Notes: generated by a model not told the origin, from the letters alone. Counted from the first letter of the stretch, positions 1-9,715 are shown. The stretch is 64,000 nt of DNA from Acidimicrobiales bacterium (GCA_024638845.1 JAHEJN010000005.1:8468-72467); one strand, 5' to 3'. Translations and numbers: made by a program.

Positions 1-2570
1 GCATCGGCCTGCACGTACAGCGGCCGGACATAGACGATGGAGTTCTCGATGGGCAACAGCAGCAGGTTGGCCAGCCGCACCTGGGAGCCCTGCTGGTTGA
101 GCTGGGTGATGCGGTCGGCGATGGTCTCCTCGGTGAGGATGTTGCTGTTCACGTTGAGGGGGCCATCGACCTGGGTACCCGGCATCTCGTACGCGAGCAG
201 CTCGCCGTAGCGCTCCGGGTCGGAACGGGCCACCATGAACGCCGTGAGCTCGGGGCGTTCGCTGTCGCCCGACACGGGGACGAAGGACCGCAGGACCACG
301 AACTCCTCGCCCTCCTCACCCGGCAGCTTCAGGAGGACGTAGTAGGGGTCGATGCGACCGAGATCGGTGGGCACGGTGGGGTCGGGGGTTCCCGTGGTCG
401 CCGTGGTCGACGTCGTCGGACCGCCGCGCACTGCCTCGCCCGGATCCTGCGCGACCTCCCAGAAGTTCGACCGCTCACCGGCATAGAACTCGTCGGGATC
501 ACCGACGTGGTAGCGGGCCCACATGTTGGTCTGGACCCTGAACAGGTCTTCCGGGTAGCGGAGATGGTCGACGAGATCGGCGGGCATCTCGTCGAAATCG
601 GTGAACAGGTCGGGGAAGGCCCGGCTCCAGGCCTGGATGATGGGGTCGTCCGGATCGATCACGTAGAAGTCGACGTTGCCGTCGTAGCCGTCGACGACCG
701 CCTTCACCGAGCCGCGCACGTAATTGAAGCCGTGGGCCAGACCGCTGCTGCGGGGAACCGAATCGGTGTCGGCCCGCTGACTGTAGGGGTAGCGGTCGGT
801 GGTGGTGTAGCCGTCGACCATGTAGACGATGCGACCGTCGTGGATCACCGGGTACGGGTCGCTGTCGAAGTGCAGGAACGGGGCCAACGCCTCGACCCGA
901 CCCCGAATGTCCCGGTTGTAGAGCACTCGGCTGTCGGAATCGAGCTGTCCGGAGACGAGCGGGTTGATGTCACCGAAGCGCATGGAGAAGGCCAGCCGGC
1001 GGAACAGGCCTCCGAGCGGCACCCCGCCGTCGCCGTCGTACCTCGACGTGACCTGATCGCCGGCGTCGCTCACGAAGTCGATCTCGGGCCGGGCGGCCCC
1101 GACGATCGCGTAGCCGCCGAGCTGTTCGCCGACATAGAGCTGCGGACGGTCGAGCACGACGTCGAGTCGGTTCTCCTGCGGCACGCCCTCGATCAGGAAG
1201 TCGGGACGCCCGGAGGCGTCGACGCCGTTGGCCGGCGACAGCGCAACGCCGTAGCCGTGGGTGTAGGCGAGCGTCTCGTTCTCCCACGATTGATCGCCGA
1301 TGTCTCCGGGCTGCACGGTTCGGGCGGCAATGACGACCTGAGTGGTGCGACCGTCGATCTGGTAGCGGTCGACGTCGAGGTCGACGAACTCGTAGAACGC
1401 CCGCTCGGCTTCGAGCCGCTCGAAGGTGTCCTGGACGATCGAGGGATCGAGTAGCCGGATGTTGCGGATCGTCGGCTCGTTGTTGCGGATGTCCGCGGCC
1501 GTGAGCTCGGCAGTGTACGGGAATGGCTGGGTCTCGACGGCCAGGCCGAAAGCGTCGCGCGTGGCCTCGATGTTGCGGGCGATGAATTGCGCCTCGCGAG
1601 CCGACTCCTCGGGCTCGACCCGAAGACGCTGATACACGGCCGGGTAGATGGCCCCCATGACCACCGCGGCGAACGCCCACAGCAGCACGACCGCGGCCGG
1701 GAACACCCAGCCTCGGATGCGGATGTTCACCAGGAAGACCACGAATGCGAGGAGCGCGACCAACAACAACAGGTTGAGGGTGGGCAACGATGCGTTCACG
1801 TCGGTGGAGGTGGCCCCGTCGACCACGCCTCGGCGAGACAGCGTGAGGTCGAATCGAGCGAGGTAGTAGTCGACCGCCTTGATCAGGGCCAAAAGGGCCA
1901 AGAGCACCGACACGTGGGCCTTCACCGCCGGCCGCACCATCTGCCCGCTGGTCTGGAGGCGGATCCCGCCGTTGATGTAGTGGGCGCCGATGGTGAACAG
2001 CAGCATCACCACGAGGGCCCGGAACGACCAGTCGACCACGTAGGACCAGAACGGCAACCGGAACACGTAGAACCCGACGTCGCGGCCGAACTGCGCGTCG
2101 TCGATTCCGAAGTCGACCGCGTTGTTGAACAGCAACCAGTTCTGCCACTGTGACGCCGCCGAGGCGCCGACCATCAGCGCCAACAGACCCGACACTCCGG
2201 ACCGGACCAGAACGGTGTGGTCTCCGACGGCCTCGTGATAGCGCCCGAGCACCAGCTCTTCGGGCCCGGTGGGCCGGAACACGGGCGCGATGCGATCGGC
2301 CATGTAGAGGTTGAGCCACATGCCGGCGAAGAAGATGATGGTGAACACCACGCCGAGGCCGAGCTTGGTGAAGAAGACGGTGGTCCACACCTGCCCCTCG
2401 CCGAGGGCGTCGAACCACAGATAGTCGGTCCAGAGCCGGGCCAGCCCGAGGCTCGACAGGAACAGCACGAAGACCACGACGGCGAGGCCGATGAGAACGA
2501 CACGAGCCGAGCGGGGAAGCCCCCGACGGCGTCGCAGACGGGGCGGAGGCATGTCGCCGGGGTTGCGCAT
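1..2570 (-). CDS. UPF0182 family membrane protein (3' end runs off window start)
   Basis: Hand translation from ATG 2570: MRNPGDMPPPRLRRRRGLPRSARVVLIGLAVVVFVLFLSSLGLARLWTDYLWFDALG...; also YTHGYG, NYVRGSVKAVVDGYDG and HLRYPEDLF motifs typical of UPF0182. Absent from the ORF track because truncated. Confidence 0.9.
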   Translation of the reverse strand, partial: MRNPGDMPPPRLRRRRGLPRSARVVLIGLAVVVFVLFLSSLGLARLWTDYLWFDALGEGQVWTTVFFTKLGLGVVFTIIFFAGMWLNLYMADRIAPVFRPTGPEELVLGRYHEAVGDHTVLVRSGVSGLLALMVGASAASQWQNWLLFNNAVDFGIDDAQFGRDVGFYVFRLPFWSYVVDWSFRALVVMLLFTIGAHYINGGIRLQTSGQMVRPAVKAHVSVLLALLALIKAVDYYLARFDLTLSRRGVVDGATSTDVNASLPTLNLLLLVALLAFVVFLVNIRIRGWVFPAAVVLLWAFAAVVMGAIYPAVYQRLRVEPEESAREAQFIARNIEATRDAFGLAVETQPFPYTAELTAADIRNNEPTIRNIRLLDPSIVQDTFERLEAERAFYEFVDLDVDRYQIDGRTTQVVIAARTVQPGDIGDQSWENETLAYTHGYGVALSPANGVDASGRPDFLIEGVPQENRLDVVLDRPQLYVGEQLGGYAIVGAARPEIDFVSDAGDQVTSRYDGDGGVPLGGLFRRLAFSMRFGDINPLVSGQLDSDSRVLYNRDIRGRVEALAPFLHFDSDPYPVIHDGRIVYMVDGYTTTDRYPYSQRADTDSVPRSSGLAHGFNYVRGSVKAVVDGYDGNVDFYVIDPDDPIIQAWSRAFPDLFTDFDEMPADLVDHLRYPEDLFRVQTNMWARYHVGDPDEFYAGERSNFWEVAQDPGEAVRGGPTTSTTATTGTPDPTVPTDLGRIDPYYVLLKLPGEEGEEFVVLRSFVPVSGDSERPELTAFMVARSDPERYGELLAYEMPGTQVDGPLNVNSNILTEETIADRITQLNQQGSQVRLANLLLLPIENSIVYVRPLYVQAD

Positions 2571-2630
2571 TGCCGCGAGCCTAGGGCGACGGCAGCCTCG
2601 GTACTCCGCGCGATCCGCGAATGGCGCCGC

Positions 2631-4601
2631 TCAGAGGTGCAGCGGCACCACCAGGCAGCGACAGTCGCCGAGGGGAACAGGGCGGACCTCCCCGGTCGGG
2701 AACTCGGCGCCGAGGCGGATCTCGACGCTGCCATTCGTAGCCGCGTGCTTCGCGTCGGCGGGTCCGTCACCGGCCACCCACCGAACCGGACAGCCGTCGG
2801 GCAGCGTGTCGAGGAGCCCGTCGAGGAACGCCGCCGCGGTCGCCGACTCGGCCAGCTTCGCCATGCGGGGCCGCAGGACCCGGACCACACCTCGTACTCC
2901 TTCGACCGGATCGTCGCTTCCCCGTGCGGCCTGCCCGAGCTCGTCGCGCAGCGGCGCGAACACCTCGGCCTCCAGCGCGTCGACGATCCGCCCGACCCGG
3001 GCGTCGGCGACGGTTCCGGGTCGACCGATGGCTGCGGCACCCGCGGCCCATGCCGTCGGCAACGACTCGGTGAGCGCGGCCTCGACGGCTGCGGTGCCGA
3101 TCGACACGTCCGACCCGGTGCGCAGCGACGCCAAGACGTCGTTCTGGAGGTCGCTGAGGGACCGTTTCGCCTGTTTGGCCATCACCGGTGCAACTGCGTC
3201 GATCAGCGAGGCGCGCGCCGCCACCAGATCGTGGGTGGAGGTCTTCGTGCCGGAGACATCGTCGCCGGCCGTGGTGTCTTCGGGTGCGGCATCGGCCAGG
3301 ACCGCCTCGGCCGCACGCACCTCGGCCGCACGTTCGGCTCGCAACCGATCGAACAACGACGATGCCTCGGTGACGACATCGGGCTCGGCCCCAGCCGCCG
3401 GCTCGGCCTCGGGCTCGGCCCCAGCCGCCGACCCTGGCTCGGCTTCCGGCTCGGTCTCGGGCTCGGGCGCCGATTCGGGCGCGGGCTCGGGCTCCACCGC
3501 CGCCCCGGCTTCCCCGGCCTCGGGCTCGGGCACGACGGACGCCTCGGGCTCGGGCTCCGCCTCCGGCTCGGGCTCCGCCTCGCCTTCGCTCTCGGCCTCT
3601 GCGGTCGCAGGCTCGGGCAGCGGCGCCGGCGCGAGGGGGAGCTCCACCCCACCGGCGGCGGCTGCCTCGGCGGCGATCACGTCGAGATCGCCGAGCAGGC
3701 CGGCCCGGCGAGCCTCGTCGAGCTCGCTCTCGAGCGCTTCGATCGATCGCGGGAGGTCCTCGTCGGCGCGCCGAGCGGCACGGTCGCCGGCGATCTTGGC
3801 TTCGGGTAGCGCCACCTTGAGGTCGTGGCGGGCCGTGTCGATGGTGCGCTGCACGACCTCGTAGGCCTCGAGGAGTCGATCGCGTCCGGCCTGGAGGCGC
3901 TCGACCTGATCACGGATACGACGACGACGTTGCTCGAGGTTCTGGAGCAGCTGCTCGCGATGGTGCCGGGCTTCGATCAGTAGGACGCGACCCTGTTGCT
4001 TGGCGTCGACGATGATGCGTTCGCCCTCCACTCGGCGCTGCGCCACCTCGTCGTCGACTGCGGCGACCCGCCGGGCGGCTTCAGCGTCGGCCTCGGCCGT
4101 TCGTTCGTCGAGCACCGCTTCGGCCGCGACCAGCACCTCGGCTGCCCGCTCCTCTGCGTTGCTCAGCAGCGTCTGGGCCTGGGCCTGGCTGTCGGTCGAC
4201 AGCCGCTCGGCCTCGTTGCGGGCCTGCGCCAGGGCGGCATCGGCCTCTTCGCGGCTCGAGGTGGCGAGCCGCTCGGCCTCGGCCTGGGCCTCGGCCAGGC
4301 GTGCGGCTGCCGACTCGCGTGCGACGTTCAGGATGGCAGCGGCTTCTGCTCCGAGTCGCTCGGTGAGCGTGTGCTCGTCGATCTCGGCCGCGTCGACGAG
4401 CTTGGCGTCGAACTCGGCGATCGACGCCCGCAAGCGGTCTTCGGTGCGATACGCGACGCGCAGGGAAGCCGAGAGGTCGCGAAGGAACTGGCGAACCTGC
4501 TCCTCGTTGAAGCCTCGGCGCACCACGTCGAACGACGCGACGGCGACCTTGTCGGGGTCGAAGCGCGGCTCCGGGGACTCTCGGGGGGCCGGATCGATCA
4601 T
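2631..4601 (-). CDS. DivIVA-domain coiled-coil protein with acidic Pro/Glu linker and C-terminal MuF-like domain
   Basis: N-terminal FDPDKVAVASFDVVRRGFNEEQVRQFL is a DivIVA signature; long Ala/Glu/Arg heptads; C-terminal RW...HAATNG...FPTG...P...CRC. ATG 4601 is preceded by TACGAT-N6. Confidence 0.8.
   Translation of the reverse strand: MIDPAPRESPEPRFDPDKVAVASFDVVRRGFNEEQVRQFLRDLSASLRVAYRTEDRLRASIAEFDAKLVDAAEIDEHTLTERLGAEAAAILNVARESAAARLAEAQAEAERLATSSREEADAALAQARNEAERLSTDSQAQAQTLLSNAEERAAEVLVAAEAVLDERTAEADAEAARRVAAVDDEVAQRRVEGERIIVDAKQQGRVLLIEARHHREQLLQNLEQRRRRIRDQVERLQAGRDRLLEAYEVVQRTIDTARHDLKVALPEAKIAGDRAARRADEDLPRSIEALESELDEARRAGLLGDLDVIAAEAAAAGGVELPLAPAPLPEPATAEAESEGEAEPEPEAEPEPEASVVPEPEAGEAGAAVEPEPAPESAPEPETEPEAEPGSAAGAEPEAEPAAGAEPDVVTEASSLFDRLRAERAAEVRAAEAVLADAAPEDTTAGDDVSGTKTSTHDLVAARASLIDAVAPVMAKQAKRSLSDLQNDVLASLRTGSDVSIGTAAVEAALTESLPTAWAAGAAAIGRPGTVADARVGRIVDALEAEVFAPLRDELGQAARGSDDPVEGVRGVVRVLRPRMAKLAESATAAAFLDGLLDTLPDGCPVRWVAGDGPADAKHAATNGSVEIRLGAEFPTGEVRPVPLGDCRCLVVPLHL
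3380..3620 (-). repeat. Low-complexity coding repeat (EPEPEAEP / AAGAEPE)
   Basis: Repeated ggctcg / ggctcggccccagccgccg units on the + strand within the DivIVA-like gene; boundaries approximate. Confidence 0.8.
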
Positions 4602-4700
4602 GGAACGATCGTAAGCGGCGAGTTCTGAACGTTCGGGCATACCCGCGCGGTCCTTTGTGCAGACCCCGCCCGCCGAACGAGCATAGCAACTTCGTTGGGT

Positions 4701-5828
4701 CTAGTCGCCCAATGCCAGTTGGTCGAGCTGGGTACCGGACCCACCCATGGCCTCCAATACCGCCACGGCCTCGTCGATCGTGTCGGCCGCAGCAACCTGC
4801 ATGTCCCCTGATTGCGTGAGGGCCAGGTCGAGCTCGCTCGCCGGAACGATGAACAGATCGACCCCCGCGTTGCGAGCCGCAACCGCCTTCTGAGCCACAC
4901 CTCCCACCGGGCCGACGCTGCCGTCGAGGTTGATGGTGCCGGTGGTCGCGACGGACTTGCCGTCGGTGAGCTCCCCAGGCGTGAGAACGTCGATCACCCC
5001 CAGTGTGAAGGCCAATCCGGCCGATGGGCCGGTGACCTCGCCCGAGTCGATCACCACGTCGATCGGGAAGTCGGCGGTGAGCTCGTGGGTGGTGACCTCG
5101 ACGCCGAGCTGGGCGACGGCGGGATCGTCGGGGACCGCACCGAGGACGATCGAGACGGTCTCGACGGAGTCGTCGAAGTGGCGAACCGTCAGCTCGAGCG
5201 AGTCGCCCGGCGAGCGTTCCTGGACGGCGGCAACCAGCTCGTCGGCGAACTGAATGGGCTCGCCTTCCACCTCGAAGATCACGTCGGTGACCACGAGCAC
5301 TCCGTCGGCGGCCGACCCGTCCCGAACGCCCCGAACGAGGGCGCCGGAACCGGTCGGTTCTCCGTCGAGGCCGAGGAACTGCAGGGCCACCACCGTCGCG
5401 ACGTCCTTCGAGCGCTCCATCTGCACCAGGTTCGCGGCACGGCGTTCGTCGTCGGTGCGGTCGCCGTTGATGACCTCGGCCGGGAGCAGGCTGATGGTGG
5501 GATCGTCCTCGTAGCTGCGCTTCTCCCAGTTCGTCACCTTCGACTCGAGCGAGATCGTCGTGAAACCGATCTCTCCTTCGGGCTCGTAGCGCTCGGCACC
5601 GATCACTTGGATCACATCGGTCGTGTTGGTCACCGCTCCCGGCCGAAGCGCGTAGAACTCGGTGGGCTGAATGGCCCAGATCACGACACCAGCAACGATC
5701 ACGGCGAGGAGGATCGACACACCGACGATCCACCAGAGCACCATCGAGCGGAATCGCCTCACCTCGCGCTCCGCGGCGGACGGCGTCGGCTCGTCGGGCG
5801 AAGGTAGGCTTGGGGGGAACGTGTCCAC
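4701..5828 (-). CDS. YlbL-family PDZ / Lon-like (S16) membrane protease
   Basis: TM helix, PDZ region, GPSAGLAF (Ser) and VGGVAQKA (Lys) dyad; start GTG 5828 is inferred. Confidence 0.9.
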   Translation of the reverse strand: MDTFPPSLPSPDEPTPSAAEREVRRFRSMVLWWIVGVSILLAVIVAGVVIWAIQPTEFYALRPGAVTNTTDVIQVIGAERYEPEGEIGFTTISLESKVTNWEKRSYEDDPTISLLPAEVINGDRTDDERRAANLVQMERSKDVATVVALQFLGLDGEPTGSGALVRGVRDGSAADGVLVVTDVIFEVEGEPIQFADELVAAVQERSPGDSLELTVRHFDDSVETVSIVLGAVPDDPAVAQLGVEVTTHELTADFPIDVVIDSGEVTGPSAGLAFTLGVIDVLTPGELTDGKSVATTGTINLDGSVGPVGGVAQKAVAARNAGVDLFIVPASELDLALTQSGDMQVAAADTIDEAVAVLEAMGGSGTQLDQLALGD

Positions 5829-6069
5829 TTCGCTGATCCTCACGAATCTTGCCGGCCTCACGGCCGTTGCGATCGGCATGCTCGCGCGCGGCGGGCGGAT
5901 GAATTCTGCCACCAACGCCGCGACTTCGGCGCTCGCCCCTGCTTTGGTGATGCGCAGCGGCGCGCTCGGACAGAACGATCAGCATGCCGGCGGCAACAGG
6001 AAAACCGTCCGTCCGACGGTTCGCCGTGTGTCACCACTCACCGAGCGGCTCAACCGTTCCCGCGACCCC

Positions 6070-6240
6070 ATGTCCAAGTACCGCGAGGTCACGGGCCGGC
6101 GGGCTCGGGTCCGGTGGTGGCAGCGGGTTCGCGCCCTCGTGGTCCTGGCGCTGATCGTGACCTCGCTCGGCGTGCTGGTCGCGATCGTCATCGGTATCGC
6201 CTTCCTCGGCGGCACCATCCTGCTCGAAACCGTCTCCTGA
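6070..6240 (+). CDS. Small membrane protein (56 aa)
   Basis: MSKYREVTGRRARVRWWQRVRALVVLALIVTSLGVLVAIVIGIAFLGG...; basic N-terminus then a long hydrophobic stretch; ends 5 nt before the HEAT gene. Confidence 0.6.
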   Translation: MSKYREVTGRRARVRWWQRVRALVVLALIVTSLGVLVAIVIGIAFLGGTILLETVS

Positions 6241-6245
6241 CCGCC

Positions 6246-6866
6246 GTGGCGACCGATTCGCCTGACGCGGCGAGTCGCCGGCGCCGTCGGGAGGTGGTGA
6301 TCGCCGGCCACACGGGCGACGCGGCAACGGGGTTGTCTCACGTGAGCGATCCCGACAGTCGCGTGCGGGCTTCGGCCCTGCGTGCGTTACGGCGCCGCGA
6401 CCGGCTCTCTTGCGCGCTCCTCGACCGAGCCCTCGCCGACCCCGACCCGACGGTACGCAGAACCGCAGCCGAGTTGGCGGCATCCAGCCCGGGCGTGGCC
6501 CTCGAACCGTTGCTCGCCGACCCCGACGCCACTGTCGTCGAGGTCGCGGCGTGGGCGCTGGGCGAATGGGGTGACCACGCCGCCGGCGCTGTCGGCGCCC
6601 TGAGCGAGGTCGCCACCGGTCACTCCGACAGCCTCTGCCGCGAAGCCGCCACTGCGGCGCTCGGCGCCATCGGTGCTCAGGGCGGGCTGGCGGCCATCCT
6701 CGAGGCCCTGAGCGACAAAGCCACCGTTCGGCGGCGCGCCACGATCGCCCTCGCCGCCTTCGACGGGGCTGCGGTCGACGCCGCCCTCGAGCGCTGCCTC
6801 GACGACCGCGACTGGCAGGTGCGACAGATGGCCGAGGATCTCCTCGACCGTCGCACCGGGTGCTGA
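6246..6866 (+). CDS. HEAT-repeat (PBS lyase-like) protein
   Basis: Repeated L.DPD..VR..AA.ALG units. Confidence 0.85.
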   Translation: MATDSPDAASRRRRREVVIAGHTGDAATGLSHVSDPDSRVRASALRALRRRDRLSCALLDRALADPDPTVRRTAAELAASSPGVALEPLLADPDATVVEVAAWALGEWGDHAAGAVGALSEVATGHSDSLCREAATAALGAIGAQGGLAAILEALSDKATVRRRATIALAAFDGAAVDAALERCLDDRDWQVRQMAEDLLDRRTGC

Positions 6867-6882
6867 GCGCTCCGATCGGTCG

Positions 6883-7887
6883 TCAGCGGGTCTGGTCCAT
6901 GAACATGACCTGCACGGCCTCGTAGGACTCGATGCACCGTCCGGCACCGAGCACCACGCACTCGAGCGGGGTGTCGACCAGCCGGACCGGCACATCGGAC
7001 TCCTCGCTGATGCGCCGCGCCAGCCCGCGCAACAGTCCGCCGCCTCCGACGAGATGGACGCCCTGGGTGATGAGATCCTGCGCCAGCTCCGGAGGCGCCT
7101 GCGCCATGCACGCCAGCACGGAGTCGACCATCGTCGACACCGGCTCGTCGATGGCCTGACGGACTTCTTCGGGGGTCAACACGATCGTCTCGGGCAGGCC
7201 GCTCATCAGTTGCCGCCCGCGAACCTCGGCCCGGAACTCACCTTCGGTCGGCGCGGCCGAGCCGATCGTGATCTTGATCTCCTCGGCGGTTCGTTCGCCG
7301 ATGGCGATGCCGTACTCGCGACGGACATACGACTGGATGGATGCATCGATGTCGAACGAGCCCACCCGCACGGCCTCGATGGCCACGACGCCGCCCATCG
7401 AGATCAGTGCCGTCTCGGAGGTGCCGCCACCGATGTCGATCACCATGTTGCCGACGGGCTCGTTGATCGGCAGTCCGGCCCCGATGGCCGCCGCCACCGG
7501 CTGCTCGATGAGCTTGGCGTCGGCGGCCCCGGCCCGCTTGGCCGCCTCGGTCACCGCCCGGCGCTCGACCGCAGTGATCGCCGACGGCACGCAGATGACC
7601 ACCCGCGGACGATTGAAGCGATTGACGCCGACCCGCTGGAGCAGGAGCCGGATCATGCGCTGGGTCACGTCGAAATCGGTGATCGCTCCCTTGCGGAGCG
7701 GGCGAACCGCCACGATGTAGCTCGGCGTCCGGCCGATCATCTGCCAGGCCTCGTGACCCATCGCCAAGACGTCGCCGGTGCGGTCGTTGAGCGCAATGAC
7801 CGAGGGTTCGTTCAAGACGATGCCGCGACCCCTCGCGTACACCAGCGTGTTGGCCGTCCCCAGATCGATGGCGAGGTCACGAGCCAC
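6883..7887 (-). CDS. mreB: Rod shape-determining actin homolog MreB/Mbl
   Basis: DLAIDLGTANT, VIDIGGGTSE, GERTAEEIK and GGGGLL motifs. Confidence 0.95.
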   Translation of the reverse strand: MARDLAIDLGTANTLVYARGRGIVLNEPSVIALNDRTGDVLAMGHEAWQMIGRTPSYIVAVRPLRKGAITDFDVTQRMIRLLLQRVGVNRFNRPRVVICVPSAITAVERRAVTEAAKRAGAADAKLIEQPVAAAIGAGLPINEPVGNMVIDIGGGTSETALISMGGVVAIEAVRVGSFDIDASIQSYVRREYGIAIGERTAEEIKITIGSAAPTEGEFRAEVRGRQLMSGLPETIVLTPEEVRQAIDEPVSTMVDSVLACMAQAPPELAQDLITQGVHLVGGGGLLRGLARRISEESDVPVRLVDTPLECVVLGAGRCIESYEAVQVMFMDQTR

Positions 7888-8056
7888 GGCGACCGCTCTT
7901 CTTCTCGTGCTCGGGTGGAGCGAGCGCACCCATGTTCTTCCGGAAGTCCTTGATGCTCGAATCGTAGGTGCGCCGCTCGCGGGAGAACAGCCACAGCAGG
8001 CAGGTGCCGAGCACCGACACCCCCACGGCGATGGCCAGGAAGACGAGGCTGCTCAT
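7877..8056 (-). CDS. Small single-TM protein (59 aa)
   Basis: MSSLVFLAIAVGVSVLGTCLLWLFSRERRTYDSSIKDFRKNMGALAPP...; ATGA overlap with the moaE stop and 11-nt overlap with the mreB start. Confidence 0.75.
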   Translation of the reverse strand: MSSLVFLAIAVGVSVLGTCLLWLFSRERRTYDSSIKDFRKNMGALAPPEHEKKSGRRGS

Positions 8057-8523
8057 GAGGTCGAGTCGACTTCGGTCACCGGCTGTGACTCGAGCGCCCA
8101 GCTGGTGCCGTCGCTCCACGTCTCACGTTTCCAGATGGGCACGGTGGCCTTCAGGGTGTCGATCCCGAACCGAGCCGCCTCGAATGCCTCGGGCCGATGC
8201 CCCGACGAGACCGCGACCACGACGGATGACTCGCCGACGGGCACGATGCCGGTGCGATGCAGCAGGACGACCCGCCCGATACCGCTCCAGCGTTGGCGAA
8301 TGGCATCGGCAATCGCGACGAGGCGGGGCTCGACCTGCTCGGCGTAGGCCTCGTACTCGAGCAGGGAGACGTCGATCCGACCCTCACTGTGATCGCGCGC
8401 CGTGCCCGAGAACACCACCACCGCGCCGCAATCGGGGCGCACCACCCATGCCGACGCCGCGTCGATGGGTAGGGGTTCGGAGGTCAGTCCGACCCAGGTG
8501 TCGGATGCGGCAGGACGTTGCAT
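8053..8523 (-). CDS. moaE: Molybdopterin synthase catalytic subunit
   Basis: GAVVVFSGTARD, LEYEAY, HRTG, SGHRPEAF, LKATVPIWKRE. Confidence 0.92.
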   Translation of the reverse strand: MQRPAASDTWVGLTSEPLPIDAASAWVVRPDCGAVVVFSGTARDHSEGRIDVSLLEYEAYAEQVEPRLVAIADAIRQRWSGIGRVVLLHRTGIVPVGESSVVVAVSSGHRPEAFEAARFGIDTLKATVPIWKRETWSDGTSWALESQPVTEVDSTS

Positions 8524-8608
8524 GGCGGACCCAATGGTAGGAGGGCACGACCACAACTGTGGTCGCCCGCGAACAACGACGCCGCTTCGATGAGTATTCT
8601 GACCAACC

Positions 8609-9703
8609 GTGTCGGAACAGGGGTCACAGCCACCGGAGGACGATCGGTCGTCGGACGCGGAGCCTCACCGTCGATTGCCCTCGCCCGATGATCGCCTGTG
8701 GCGGCACCCGGCCGAGGTTGCCGCCGAGTTGCGAGCGCAATCCGAGCGCAGTGCACCGTCGTCCCGGTCGAGCGAACGGAGCTCCAACCTGGCCGCAGTC
8801 GTAGTGGCGGTGGTCGGAGGTGGATTGCTCGTGACCGGACTGTGGGTCGTGATGAGCTCGACATCGACCACTTCGGTGGCCCGCGCCGGTGGATCCTTCG
8901 ATGCGGTCCTCGATCGCACCACAGTCGAGTCGACGGGCACGCCGACGATCGACCTCTCGATCGTCGATCTCCGCACGACCGACGGCGCCGAGCTGGGGCA
9001 GGCAGTTGCGCTCCACACCGGGACCGAACTGGTCGCGTCACTCGACCTCGACCCCGGCACGCCGCTCGAGGCGATCCTGCCGGATGGCTCCCGGCGGCAG
9101 GCCACGGTGCGCGGCCACGACGGGCTCACGGGCGTTTCGGCCGTCCGTCTCGACGGGGGCGCCGTTCCCGGTGCCACGATCGAGCCGCACGGCCACCTCG
9201 TCGCCTCCGACCATCCACCGATGGTCACCGAAGCCCGAGCCGATGGGTGGTCACACGCCACCATGGCCATTGCTGCCCCCGACGCCGAACCGGGCGACGT
9301 CGTTGTCGATGACGACGGCAAGGTGACGGCGCTGGTCACGTCACGAACCGACGAGGGTGCCACGGCCACGCCCATCGCAGTGGTCGCACGGGTGGCGGCC
9401 CAGCTGTTCGAGTCCGGCGAGGCCGCTCATCCCTGGCTCGGCGTTCGAGCTCGCGACGCCAGGGACGGCGAAGGCGTCGTGATCACCCACGTGGTACCGA
9501 ACAGCCCCGCCGACCGCCACGACATCACCGCGGGCATGATCATCACCGGTGTCGGCCAGACGCCGGTCGTCTCGGTCGGTGAGCTGCTCACCGAGCTCCG
9601 TGCCCATCGGCCCGGCGACAAGGTGACCATCGAGTTGCTCGTCGGCGCCATCACCCGTCGGGTCGTGCTCGACGTCGGCGACACCGTCGACGCACCCGGC
9701 TGA
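8609..9703 (+). CDS. HtrA/S1C-like membrane protein with PDZ domain, catalytic triad apparently absent
   Basis: TM helix, V.GHD.LT.VSAVRL segment, HPWLGV PDZ start; no TNAHV or GNSGG motif. Confidence 0.75.
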   Translation: MSEQGSQPPEDDRSSDAEPHRRLPSPDDRLWRHPAEVAAELRAQSERSAPSSRSSERSSNLAAVVVAVVGGGLLVTGLWVVMSSTSTTSVARAGGSFDAVLDRTTVESTGTPTIDLSIVDLRTTDGAELGQAVALHTGTELVASLDLDPGTPLEAILPDGSRRQATVRGHDGLTGVSAVRLDGGAVPGATIEPHGHLVASDHPPMVTEARADGWSHATMAIAAPDAEPGDVVVDDDGKVTALVTSRTDEGATATPIAVVARVAAQLFESGEAAHPWLGVRARDARDGEGVVITHVVPNSPADRHDITAGMIITGVGQTPVVSVGELLTELRAHRPGDKVTIELLVGAITRRVVLDVGDTVDAPG

Positions 9704-9715
9704 TCTCGCCTGCCC

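Noticed and set aside
2631-4601. Prophage implied by the MuF-like domain
   Set aside because: No terminase, portal, capsid or integrase gene; flanks are housekeeping genes.
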